Shown in pieces: positions 23,976 to 36,200 of a stretch of DNA of 64,000 bases. Under the pieces are notes generated by a model that saw nothing but the letters and a program-made list of their open reading frames with translations, made no database searches and was not told the origin of the DNA. Each line of letters begins with the position of its first letter. Positions within the stretch are counted from its first letter, which is position 1. The stretch spans positions 141,577 through 205,576 of the forward strand of contig NIVC01002089.1 of the NCBI GenBank assembly GCA_002269645.1. The letters run 5' to 3'. A program made the translations under genes and the position numbers. This stretch comes from Macrostomum lignano. Lineage: Eukaryota.

Positions 23976-24399
23976 GTTTTTTTTTTAAATTTAATTTTTT
24001 TAGCAGGAACGGATTTATTAGTATTTTCAATTCTCTTTCACTTGAATATAATTTAATATTGATTGTTTAATTTTCATTTCCTTCTATACCTTATTAAAGA
24101 GTAAGAGTGAAGCTGAAAGTGCGGCACAGATGATTTGTTAGTGCAGAAAAAATATTACGATACATATCGGCAAGTATCATGTGTTGCGCGGTCGCCAAAG
24201 GCTTACAAGCAGTTTTAGCATGCTAAAAAGATGTGTTAGAGGTGAGAAGAGTTGCGGAGGGGTGGGGTGGGGGAGCGGGGGTGTGGGGGCGGCAGCCCCC
24301 ACGTTACGCAAACCCCACAACAACAACCACCCTCCCCAACAACAACGCGCGGGAGGGGTGGGGGAGCGGGGTGTGGGGGCGGCCAGCCCCCCACTATAC

Positions 24400-26712
24400 C
24401 ACTAGAAAAACTAATGCCAGGGGCGTGGGGGGCGGCCAGCCCCCACTATACCACTAGACTAACTAATGCCAGGGGCGTGGGGGCGGCTAGCCCCCACTAT
24501 ACCACTATACCACTAGACTAACTAATGCCAGGGGCGTGGGGGCGGCCAGCCCCCACTATACCACTAGAAAAACTAATGCCAGGGGCGTGGGGGCGGCTAG
24601 CCCCCTACTATACCACAAGACTAACTAATGCCAGGGGCGTGGGGGCGGCCAGCCCCCACTATACCACTAGACTAACTAATGCCAGGGGCGTGGGGGGCGG
24701 CCAGCCCCCCACTATACCACTAGACTAACTAATGCCAGGGGCGTGGGGGGCGGCCAGCCCCCACTATACCACTAGACTAACTAATGCCAGGGGCGTGGGG
24801 GCGGCCAGCCCCCCACTATACCACTAGACTAACTAATGCCAGGGGCGTGGGGGCGGCAAGCCCCCCCCCCCACTATACGAGCGTACCACTAGAAGAACTA
24901 ATGCCAGGGGCGTGGGGGGCGGCTAGCCCCCACTATACCACTAGACTAACTAATGCCAGGGGTGTGGGGGGCGGCCAGCCCCCCACTATACCACTAGACT
25001 AACTAATGCCAGGGGCGTGGGGGGCCCAGCCCCCCACTATACCACTAGACTAACTAATGCCAGGGGCGTGGGGGGCGGCAAGCCCCCACTATACGAGCGT
25101 ACCACTAGACTAACTAATGCCAGGGGCGTGGGGGCGGCCAGCCCCCCACTATACCACTAGACTAACTAATGCCAGGGGCGTGGGGGGCGGCCAGCCCCCA
25201 CTATACCACTAGACTAACTAATGCCAGGGGCGTGGGGGGCGGCCAGCCCCCACTACACCACTAGACTAACTAATGCCAGGGGCGTGGGGGCGGCCAGCCC
25301 CCCACTATACCACTAGACTAACTAATGCCAGGGGCGTGGGGGCGGCAAGCCCCCCCCACTATACGAGCGTACCACTAGAAGAACTAATGCCAGGGGCGTG
25401 GGGGCGGCTAGCCCCCACTATACCACTAGACTAACTAATGCCAGGGGCGTGGGGGGCGGCCAGCCCCCCACTATACCACTAGACTAACTAATGCCAGGGG
25501 CGTGGGGGCGGCCAGCCCCCACTATACCACTAGACTAACTAATGCCAGGGGCGTGGGGGCGGCCAGCCCCCCACTATACCACTAGACTAACTAATGCCAG
25601 GAGCGTGGGGGCGGCCAGCCCCCCACTATACCACTAGACTAACTAATGCCAGGGGCGTGGGGGCGGCCAGCCCCCACTATACCACTAGACTAACTAATGC
25701 CAGGGGCGTGGGGGGCGGCCAGCCCCCCACTATACCACTAGACTAACTAATGCCAGGGGCGTGGGGGGCGGCCAGCCCCCCACTATACCACTAGACTAAC
25801 TAATGCCAGGGGCGTGGGGGGCGGCCAGCCCCCACTATACCACTAGACTAACTAATGCCAGGGGCGTGGGGGGCGGCCAGCCCCCCACTATACCACTAGA
25901 CTAACTAATGCCAGGGGCGTGGGGGCGGCCAGCCCCCCACTACACCACTAGACTAACTAATGCCAGGGGCGTGGGGGCGGCCAGCCCCCCACTATACCAC
26001 TAGACTAACTAATGCCAGGGGCGTGGGGGCGGCAAGCCCCCCCCCCACTATACGAGCGTACCACTAGAAGAACTAATGCCAGGGGCGTGGGGGCGGCTAG
26101 CCCCCCACTATACCACTAGACTAACTAATGCCAGGGGCGTGGGGGCGGCCAGCCCCCACTATACCACTAGACTAACTAATGCCAGGGGCGTGGGGGGCGG
26201 CCAGCCCCCACTATACCACTAGACTAACTAATGCCAGGGGCGTGGGGGGCGGCCAGCCCCCCACTATACCACTAGACTAACTAATGCCAGGAGCGTGGGG
26301 GGCGGCCAGCCCCCCACTATACCACTAGACTAACTAATGCCAGGGGCGTGGGGGCGGCCAGCCCCCACTATACCACTAGACTAACTAATGCCAGGGGCGT
26401 GGGGGGCGGCCAGCCCCCCACTATACCACTAGACTAACTAATGCCAGGGGCGTGGGGGGCGGCCAGCCCCCCACTATACCACTAGACTAACTAATGCCAG
26501 GGGCGTGGGGGCGGCCAGCCCCCCACTATACCACTAGACTAACTAATGCCAGGGGCGTGGGGGGCGGCGAGCCCCCCACTATACCACTAGACTAACTAAT
26601 GCCAGGGGCGTGGGGGGCGGCCAGCCCCCACTATACCACTAGACTAACTAATGCCAGGGGCGTGGGGGCGGCCAGCCCCCACTAGACCACTAGACTAACT
26701 AATGCCAGGGGC
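24400..26712. repeat. ~51-bp satellite (ACTAATGCCAGGGGCGTGGGGGCGGCCAGCCCCCACTATACCACTAGACTA), ~45 copies
   Basis: Period of 51-53 bp. Variation is mainly in G/C run length. Confidence 0.95.
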
Positions 26713-27022
26713 ATATGTCATAGCCATAAAAGGATAAAAACACAATATATAAACCATCGTCCCACCTTTGAAGACGACAGCGTCTTCATTCACTAGTTTA
26801 GCCGTGCAGAATTATTAGCGAAATTTTAGTATATGGATGTTGCTGCAATTAACTATTGACAATTGTTTAAACTGCGGACTTAAACAGCGTCTATTAGTAA
26901 GTGTATTTGACAAATTTCTTCTAAAAATAAAGCTGTTCTTTACTACTCATTTTTGGCCACTTTTTACTCAATGGTTTGCTTAACAAGCGCTTGACATTGA
27001 AATTAGTGTATTAAGCATTACA

Positions 27023-27069
27023 TGCAGACAGACAGGCAGACAGACAGACAGACATACAGACAGGCAGGC

Positions 27070-27102
<33 letters not shown>

Positions 27103-27385
27103 GGCAGACAGACAGACAGGCAGACAGGCAAACAGACAGACAGGCAAATAGACAGACAGACAGACAGGCAGGCAAGCAGACAGACAGGCAAACAGACAGT
27201 CAGACAGACAGACAGGCAGACAGACAGGCAGACATACAGACAGGCAGGCAGACAGACAGACAGGCAGGCAGGCAGACAGACAGGCAAACAGAGAGACAGG
27301 CAAACAGACAGACAGACAGGCCGACAGACAGACAGAAGGACAGACAGACAGACAGACAGACAGGCAGGCAAGCAGACAGACAGGC

Positions 27386-27422
<37 letters not shown>

Positions 27423-27638
27423 GGCAGACAGACAGGCAAACAGACAGACAGGCAAATAGACAGACAGACAGACAGGCAAACAGACAGACAGGCAAATAGA
27501 CAGACAGACAGACAGGCAGGCAAGCAGACAGACAGGCAAATAGACAGGCAGACAGACAGGCAGACATACAGACAGGCAGGCAGACAGACAGACAGGCAGA
27601 CAGACAGGCAAACAGACAGACAGGCCGACAGACAGACA
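27023..27638. repeat. (CAGA/CAGG)n microsatellite just upstream of the LNX acceptor at 27662
   Basis: Directly visible. Confidence 0.95.
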
Positions 27639-27803
27639 CAGGCCTTCCCCACCCCTCCCCAGGTGACGTCATCCAGCAGTCTCAACCAGCTGCGCGACCC
27701 CCTACAAGAGCCGAAGTCGGCAGCGGAACCCGACGCCTCAGCGGATCCATATTTTCTGCTTCCATTTTTCTCCACCGCCCAGCAGCAGCAGTTTCCGGTT
27801 ACC

Positions 27804-30800
27804 ATGGCAACCAGTTCGGTTGCCAACAGCGGCGATGTTGCCAATTTCAAAAAATCGCCGGCAGCAAATGGCGGTCGCGGCGGCGGCAGCAGCGGCAGTG
27901 CATGCGGCTCGCTGAGCTCCCTGACTGGCGCCAGAAAAATTGACCTGTGCGCCTTCTGCGGCCAGTTCCACGAGCCCGGAGCCACCCACCTGTACGACTA
28001 TAATCAGCAGGTTGACCAGGACCTGCTGTGCAAGGTAGGTTGAGCTTTGAACAGAGTAAATCCCGTAATTTGATGTGGTAAATCAGTGAGGATATTAGAA
28101 TGTCAGTGTGAATAGCTTGTACTCGCAGTCAATTGTTTCTTTTCTGGGCGGCCAATAAGCAAGGGACTAAGCGATTCCTCCCGTAAGCCTTGACATCTCA
28201 GCAATTCCCCCAGTTAGCCTTGACATCTCAGCAATTCCACCAGTAAGCCTTGACATCTCAGCAATTCCCCCAGTAAGCCTTGACATCTCAGCAATTCCCC
28301 CAGTAAGCCTTGACATCTCAGCAATTCCTCCTGTAAGTCTCGACATACTAGAATGTCACTAAGAATATTTAAATATCACTAAGGATATTACAATTTGGGC
28401 CTATTGTTTTATAGAAAAAGACATTGACAATCGCTAGCCAAGAAGATTTCTATTCAAACCGGCTATCAAAAAAAGTTGCAAAAAAGTTTGGACTGTTGCC
28501 AAAATTGCTGGCGTAAGCATACAGTTAGCGTTGGCGCAGGGTTACTAAGACACGGACTATTACATTTATATTGATTCAACATTCGCTCTATACTAATAAG
28601 GGCGACAGGGCGAACAGGGCATGGATAGCGTGGCTGCAGCTACGGTTGGTCTCTGCCATCTTGCGTGTTGTACATCAAGCATGTGTAGTCGAGATTCACC
28701 CTTACCCCTCGGTCCTGCGCCCTGACCTACCAGTTAACTGGGCCGCGCATTCCCACCAAAGTACCAGTTGGGTGCATGTCTTGCTGCTGGGCAAAATTCT
28801 TCCTGCTTCTAATCCATCTTTGTTCCTTCGGTTCTGCTTCGATTCTTTCTTTACCTTTGCCTCTTCGGCTGTAGCAGTTTGCCATGCATAGTGGGATTGT
28901 GTCTGCGATTCTATCTGGGATTCTGTCTGGGATTCTATCTGGATTCTGTCTGGGATTCTATCTTGGATTCTATCTGGGGTTCTATCTGGGGTTCTATCTG
29001 GGATTATATCTGGAATTATATCTTAGACTCTATCTGGGATTCTATCTTGGATTCTGTCTGGGATTCTATCTTGGATTCTATCTGGGGTTCTATCTGGGAT
29101 TATATCTGGAATTATATCTTAGACTCTATCTGGGATTCTATCTGGATTCTGTCTGGGATTCTATCTTGGATTCTATCTGGGGTTCTATCTGGGATTATAT
29201 CTGGAATTATATCTTAGACTCTATCTGGGATTCTGTCTGGGATTCTATCTGGATTCTGTCTGGGATTCTATCTTGGATTCTATCTGGGGTTCTATCTGGG
29301 ATTATATCTGGAATTATATCTTGGAATATATCTGGGTTTCTATCTGGGATTCTATCTTGGATTATATCTGTGATTCTATCTGGGATTATATCTGGGATTC
29401 TATCTGTCCATGTATCTGGGATTCTGTCTGCTAATGTATCTGGGATTCTGTCTGGGATTCTATCTGGTATTCCATCTGGGATTCTATCTGGGATTATATT
29501 TTGGATTCTATCTCAGATTCTTTCTGAAATTCTATCTTGAACTCTATCTAGGGCTTTGTCTGGAATTCTGTTTGAGATTCTATCTCGGGTTCTATCTTGG
29601 ATTCTATCTGATATCCTATCAGCAGGGATTCTATATGGGATTCAGTTTGGCATTTTATATTGGATTATATCTGAGATTCTATCTTGGATTCTCTATGGGA
29701 TTCTGTTTGAGATTCAGTTTGGGATTCTATCTCGGGTTCTATCTTGGATTCTATCTGATATCCTATCAGCAGGGATTCTATATGGGATTCAGTTTGGCAT
29801 TTTATATTGGATTATATCTGAGATTCTATCTTGGATTCTCTATGGGATTCTGTTTGAGATTCAGTTTGGGATTCTATCTCGGGTTCTATCTTGGATTCTA
29901 TCTGAAATCGTATCAGCAAGGATTCTATATGGGATTCAGTTTGGCATTTTATATTGGATTATATCTGAGATTCTATCTGGGATTCTCTATGAGATTCTGT
30001 TTGAGATTCAGTTTGGGATTCTATCTCGGGTTCTGTCTGGGATTCTGCCTTCATTCTATGCGGAATACTGGGATCCTAAGTTAAAGCTTAATCTGATTTA
30101 CTGGTATGTAATGTATTTTTAATAATCTAACTCGCAATATTCATATTTGTACTTTTATTGCATTTCAGCTGTGCCAGCAGCCTCTAGTAGAACCCTTGGA
30201 TACTAAATGCGGTCACACGTTCTGCACGCCATGCCTGAAAAGTCACCTGGCCAAGCAGGCCCTGTGCCCGATTGACAAAAGTATTATCAACTTCATGGAG
30301 TGCTCGCAAGCTTCTAGCTTGGTTAAGAAGTAAGTTGTATTACCTCTTGCCTTTTACTATCGATATTATTATTATTATTATCTTTTACCTTATATGATCT
30401 TACAGAGGGTGGCGGCGCCCTTTGAAGAATATGAGGGGAGAGAGGAGGGATGGCGGCGCCTTTGAAGAATCTGAGGAAGAGGGGTGGCGGCTTTTTTTGG
30501 AATCTGAAGAAGAGGGGTGACGGCGTCCTTTGAAGAATCTGAGGAAGAGGGGTGGCGGCGTCCTTTGAAGAATCTGAGGAAGAGGGGTGGCGGCGTCCTT
30601 TAAAGAATCTGAGGAAGAGGGGTGGCGGCGTCCTTTGAAGAATCTGAGGAAGAGGGGTGGCGGCGTCCTTTGAAGAATCTGAGGAAGAGGGGTGGCGGCG
30701 TCCTTTTTAGAATCTGAGGAGGGGTGGCGGCGCGCTTTGAAGAATCGGAAGAAAAGGGGTGGCGGCGCCCTTTGAGGAATCTGATGAATTCGGCACATTA

Positions 30801-31408
30801 GCGATACTAATAATTTTCGTATGAATTTACTTAGTAAGTAGTGTATTTTGCATATATTGTAATTTGAGTAGAAATTCTGCCAGCCAATAGGAGTACAGCA
30901 GTTTTCACAATACGTTGCCCTCAATCCTCGGCTAGAGCTAGTTCTGTCTGAAGTATCCATATAGTAAGATGAAGCGGCAGTGCTTGGATCTAGAGCTTCA
31001 CTCTGACTCACTTGTAAGCTTAGTCTTTCGCGCACTTGTTACAGTGCAGCAGCAATGGTATTCATGCCCGATATCGTAGTAAAAGAAGAAGCTTCTTCTG
31101 TCGCTATTGCCGCATCAGAATCTGTTTCTGCAAATAAACAAGCGCCATTTCGGGATATTGGCCGGGAAATCCTGCTTAATCCTGCTAGGTCTGTCCGAAT
31201 ATCATTTATTGTTCCGTCCGTGTTTTTATAACCTACCAGTAATATTACATTTTTTCGTTGCCAGGCTGCTGGACAAGCTTCTAGTTGTGTGCCCCAACGT
31301 GGACTACTGCGAAGAGGTCCTGCAGCGGGCCAATCTCGAGGCGCACCTGACGCACAGGTGAGCGGGTGAAAGTCAATATTATTTTAGTAATTAATTTTTG
31401 CAGCCATG

Positions 31409-31454
<46 letters not shown>

Positions 31455-31510
31455 GCCACTACTACTACTACTACTACTACTGCTACTACTACTACTACTA
31501 CTGCTACTAT

Positions 31511-31586
<76 letters not shown>

Positions 31587-33080
31587 ACTACTACTACTAC
31601 TACTACACTACCACTTTACCTCCCAGGTGTCGCGGCGCTGTCACCCGCTGCCCGAAAGCCTCGGCTGGCTGCTCATTTCAAGGCCCAAAAACTGCCCTGC
31701 AGAACCATCTGCTGGAGTGCCAGTTCCGCTCGGACGATGACTTGCCACCAGCTGAGCCCGACTATAACGGTAATTGGTGTTCGTGCACGGGACTGAGACT
31801 GACACCTGTGAGATTTTAAAGTAACATAAGTGAGATTGTGAGAGTAACATGGGTGAGACTGAGAGTAACATGGGTGAGACTGAGAGTAACATGGGTGAGA
31901 CTGTGAGTAGAGTAATATGGGTGAGATTGTAGGAGGCAGTTGTGAGAACAGACTATTAGACTCAGATCTGAGCCTGATATCCATAGAAACAAGCATCGCT
32001 GCAATCCTTCCCTAGCCGACTGGCCACCCAAGGAGCCAATCATCAGCGGCCTTGTAAGCACCATCGAGATCCAACGAGGCTGTCTGGACCTCGGCGTCAG
32101 CTTTGTTGGCGGCTGCGACACGCCTTTGGTGAGTTCCGCGAGGCTGTCCCCATGGTCCTCTCTGTAGGCCGCTGCTGTCCCCATGGTCCTCTCTGTAGGC
32201 CGCTGCTGTCCCCATGGTCCTCTCTGTAGGCCGCTGCTGTCCCCATGGTCCTCTCTGTAGGCCTCTGCTGCCCCCATGGTCCTCTCTGTAGGCCTCTGCT
32301 GCCCCCATGGTCCTCTCTGTAGGCCTCTGCTGCCCCCATGGTCCTCTCTGTAGGCCTCTGCTACCCCCATGGTCCTCTCTGTAGGCCTCTGCTGTCCCCA
32401 TGGTCCTCTCTGTGCCGTCTGTAGGCCGTTGGCAATCCGTAATCATGCCATTGCTTTAGCTGGTATAGTCCGGATGCTTTCAACACACCAGACAGGCAAA
32501 CCCGCATCTGTCAGATCTGCTTCAGAGCCAAGGTGAAGCAGAGAATGCCTTAGAAGTTTGTTTGTATTGCCATGCATGCATCTTCCAGACCACGTGTGAC
32601 AGCTCTGCCAATCCGCCAGTTTCGTCGCGGTTTTCAGTCCATCCCCACCCGCCCCCGGCTTCGGGAACCGCCGTCTGCCTATAAGCTGTGACGTAACCAA
32701 CCCTTTTTTCTCTCTCGACCGTTCTGCGGTATTAGACGGCTTCATTATAGTTAGCCGCGATGACTCACGCATCCCATTGGGGCCCCGACCTCATTCTCCT
32801 GCCCTGCTCTGCTCCCCAAATCCGAGTTCTCGCTTCGTTTCATTTCCCTTTGCCCCCCCCCCCCACATTGCCGCCTCTGTTCTGTGCTGCTGGTCTCTTT
32901 CTGAGGCAAATTTACTGAGGTATCCACTCCCCTGGGACACTTCTGCTTGATTCCTCAGTGGCTTCTTTTGGGACTGTCTGTCTGCCTGTCTGTCTGTCTG
33001 TCTGCCTGCCTGTCTGTCTGCCTGCCTGTCTGTCTGTCTGTCTGTCTGTCTGCCTGCCTGTCTGTCTGCCTGCCTGCCTT

Positions 33081-33131
<51 letters not shown>

Positions 33132-33156
33132 GCCTGCCTGTCTGTCTGCCTGCCTT

Positions 33157-33211
<55 letters not shown>

Positions 33212-36200
33212 TAGTGTCTGCATTAGTATCTGTCTGCCCGCCTGCCTGTCTGTCTGCCTGTCTGTCTGTCTGTCTGTCTTAGTGTCTGCATTAGTATCTG
33301 TCTGCCTGCCTGTCCGTCTGTCTGTCTGTATGTATGTATGTATGTATGTATGAATGTATGTATGTCTATTACTGGAGTAACGTGTCTTCAGTAGTTTGAC
33401 TTCTTTGGTAGTTTGAACTCTTTGGTAGTTTAAAATATACAAATACTGAATTATGCCGTGGGAAGTTTCTGACTCTTATGCCAGCCTAAGTTTCCCTCTG
33501 CAGTCCCACTCCACCTCATAAGTACACGGTGAACTGTTTACAAATCTTTCCAGAGCTGCATCGTCATACAGGAGATCTATATCGACGGTCTAGTTGCTAA
33601 GGACGGCAGGTTGCGACCTGGCGATCAAATTTTAGAGGCAAGCGTTTGTGATTTTTAATTTCGAGTGCTCCAATTATGCTACTTATTTGTAAATTAGTAG
33701 TCAGTAGTATAAAGATTTGATATGATTGAACAAACTGCAGGTGAACGGCGTAGATCTCACCCAGGCAACGCACTGTCAGGCTAAGCGGGCCCTGTCCCAG
33801 CTGACTCCATTCTGCCGGCTGTCTGTCTACAGAGAGCTTGGCGCTGTGCCCAGCGATCAAGACGAGGACGATGATGATGAAGCCTGCTGGGCCCAGCAGC
33901 AGCAACAGCAGCAGTTGCAACTTCGCCAGCTGCACCAGCAACGCCAGGAGCAGCAGGAGCATCAGACTGTACTATTAACGGTGTCACTGTTTAAACGCGC
34001 CGGCAAACGATTAGGCATTAAATTGGTTGGAAAGAAGTGAGCTATCAACACCACTTTTACTATATTCAATAGTGTGTTAAAGAGTAGCGGTTATTTTCTG
34101 CATAAGAAGGCCTATGAAGAAGTGAGTGGCGTGGGTGGGTGGGGTGTCAGGTATATCAGGAATGTTTAGAAGAAATAGAGAGTGAGGTGGGTGTCGGAGG
34201 GGCCGGAGTGTTTGGAAGAAATAGGGAGTGAGGTGGATGTCGGAGGGGCAGGAATTTTTTGAATGAATAGGGAGTGAGGTGGATGTCAGAGGGGCAGGAA
34301 TGTTTTGAATGAATAGGGAGTGAGGTGGGCGTCGGAGGGGCAGGAATGTTTGGAAGAAATAGGGAGTGAGGTGGATGTCGGAGGGGCAGGAATGTTTTGA
34401 ATGAATAGGGAGTGAGGTGGGTGTCGGAGGGGCCGGAATGTTTAGAAGAAATAGGGAGTGAGGTGGGTGTCGGAGGGGCAGGTATGTTTGGAAGAAATAG
34501 GGAGTGAGGTGGATGTCGGAGGGGCAGGAATTTTTTGAATAAATAGGGAGTGAGGTGGATGTCAGAGGGGCAGGAATGTTTTGAATGAATAGGGAGTGAG
34601 GTGGGCGTCGGAGGGGCAGGAATGTTTGGAAGAAATAGGGAGTGAGGTGGATTTCGGAGGGGCAGGAATGTTTTGAAGGAATAGGGAGTGAGGTGGGTGT
34701 CAGAGGGGCAGGAATGTTTTGAATGAATAGGGAGTGAGGTGGATGTCAGAGGGGCAGGAATGTTTTGAATGAATAGGGAGTGAGGTGGGCGTCGGAGGGG
34801 CAGGAATGTTTGGAAGAAATAGGGAGTGAGGTGGATGTCGGAGGGGCAGGAATGTTTTGAAGGAATAGGGAGTGAGGTGGGTGTCGGAGGGGCAGAAATG
34901 TTTGGAAGAAGTAGATGATGAGGTGGGTGTCAGCTGGGGCAAGCATGTAACGAAGGAGCATGGAGTGCGAAATGTACACTCATTTTGTGGTAGACAATGT
35001 ACATATTCGTACGTAGTCAATAAAAAGTTAAAATCAAATGCGACTAACTACGGAAAGTAGCTTAGTAGCCCATGCTTGTGTAGTGTTTTTATCTTTTGAA
35101 AGGATAGCAATAGCATAAGCACATAATCCTGCCATCTAGGACATGCCCGGGCCTGTTTATCCTCGGCCTCGTGCCCGGCGGTCTGGCCGAAATGGACGGT
35201 CGACTTCGACGCGACGATCGAATTCTAGAGATCAACGGCTTCGATATTGGCGATGGCACTCAGGCTCAAGCGGCCTCTATTATTCAGGCGAGTGTTAGCT
35301 TGCCTTTTCTAATTATTTGCTGTTTTAGTGTATATTAAAAGTAACAAATCAATTTTCGGGTGTATTGTAGCTATGTACTTCTGGGTGTACTTAAATTATA
35401 TGTACTTTTAGTATACCTCAAATGTGTACTTTAGTGTGTGGCTTTTATTAACTTTTTCATTATGCTCGAAATTTTGTGATGTAATTTATGATGTACTTTA
35501 ATAATTATCTTTTGGGTATACGAGTGTAATACTGATGTACTTTAATTAAATGTACTTTTTTAATGCACTTTTTTTTAACTTCCAGTCGGCCAAAAAGGAG
35601 GTGGCATTTCTAGTCGCCCGTCGGGTAGTCAGCGGCTCGACCCCGCCAATGCAGCCAATCAATGCCATGTCGGCCTACGTCGTCAACTCATCGAATAGCG
35701 GACTGGATGACGAGGAAGCTGCAGCGGGGAAAGACGCCGAAGCAGCGGCGGCAACAGCAACAGACAACGACGAGGAAGAAGACGAAGTTGCGGCCTACGC
35801 AGAATCAGCGCCCAGCAAGGAGCCGCCCAAAGCCAAAGCTGAAGTAGACGAGATTGGAGTGGCGACAGATGAAGAAGAGGCTGGCAAGGAAGATGACGGA
35901 GAGGCCGAGGAGGCTGGGCGAGATACGCCGGAAGGAGAATCGGAAGAATTAATTAGAGAAGCCAGAGAGGAAGAGGAGGAGGCGGAGCAGCAGGACCAAG
36001 TCGACTCCAACGATGGAGATGATAATGGTGGTCACGTTGCTGAAGAGGATGCTGGAGACGACAGTCCCCCACCGACGCCGCCGCCTCATCAGCAGCAGCA
36101 GCAACAGCTGCACCATCTGGAGCACCACCCGGCTCCTTACCTGTTCGCCGCAGAGACGCTCGTCGATCGCTGCGTCGTGCTGGAGAAGTCGCCAGGCGAA

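Larger units (their letters stand above)
22153..26796 (+). mobile_element. Non-autonomous Helitron/Helentron-like element (4.64 kb) with central tandem repeats
   Basis: Starts A|TC (22152|22153) and ends CTAG|T (26796|26797), with no TSD. 3' hairpin TGAAGACG-acag-CGTCTTCA at 26769-26788, subterminal inverted repeats GTGGGACGATG (22160-22170) / CATCGTCCCAC (26755-26765), and a 5' stem-loop at 22162-22229. Confidence 0.65.
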
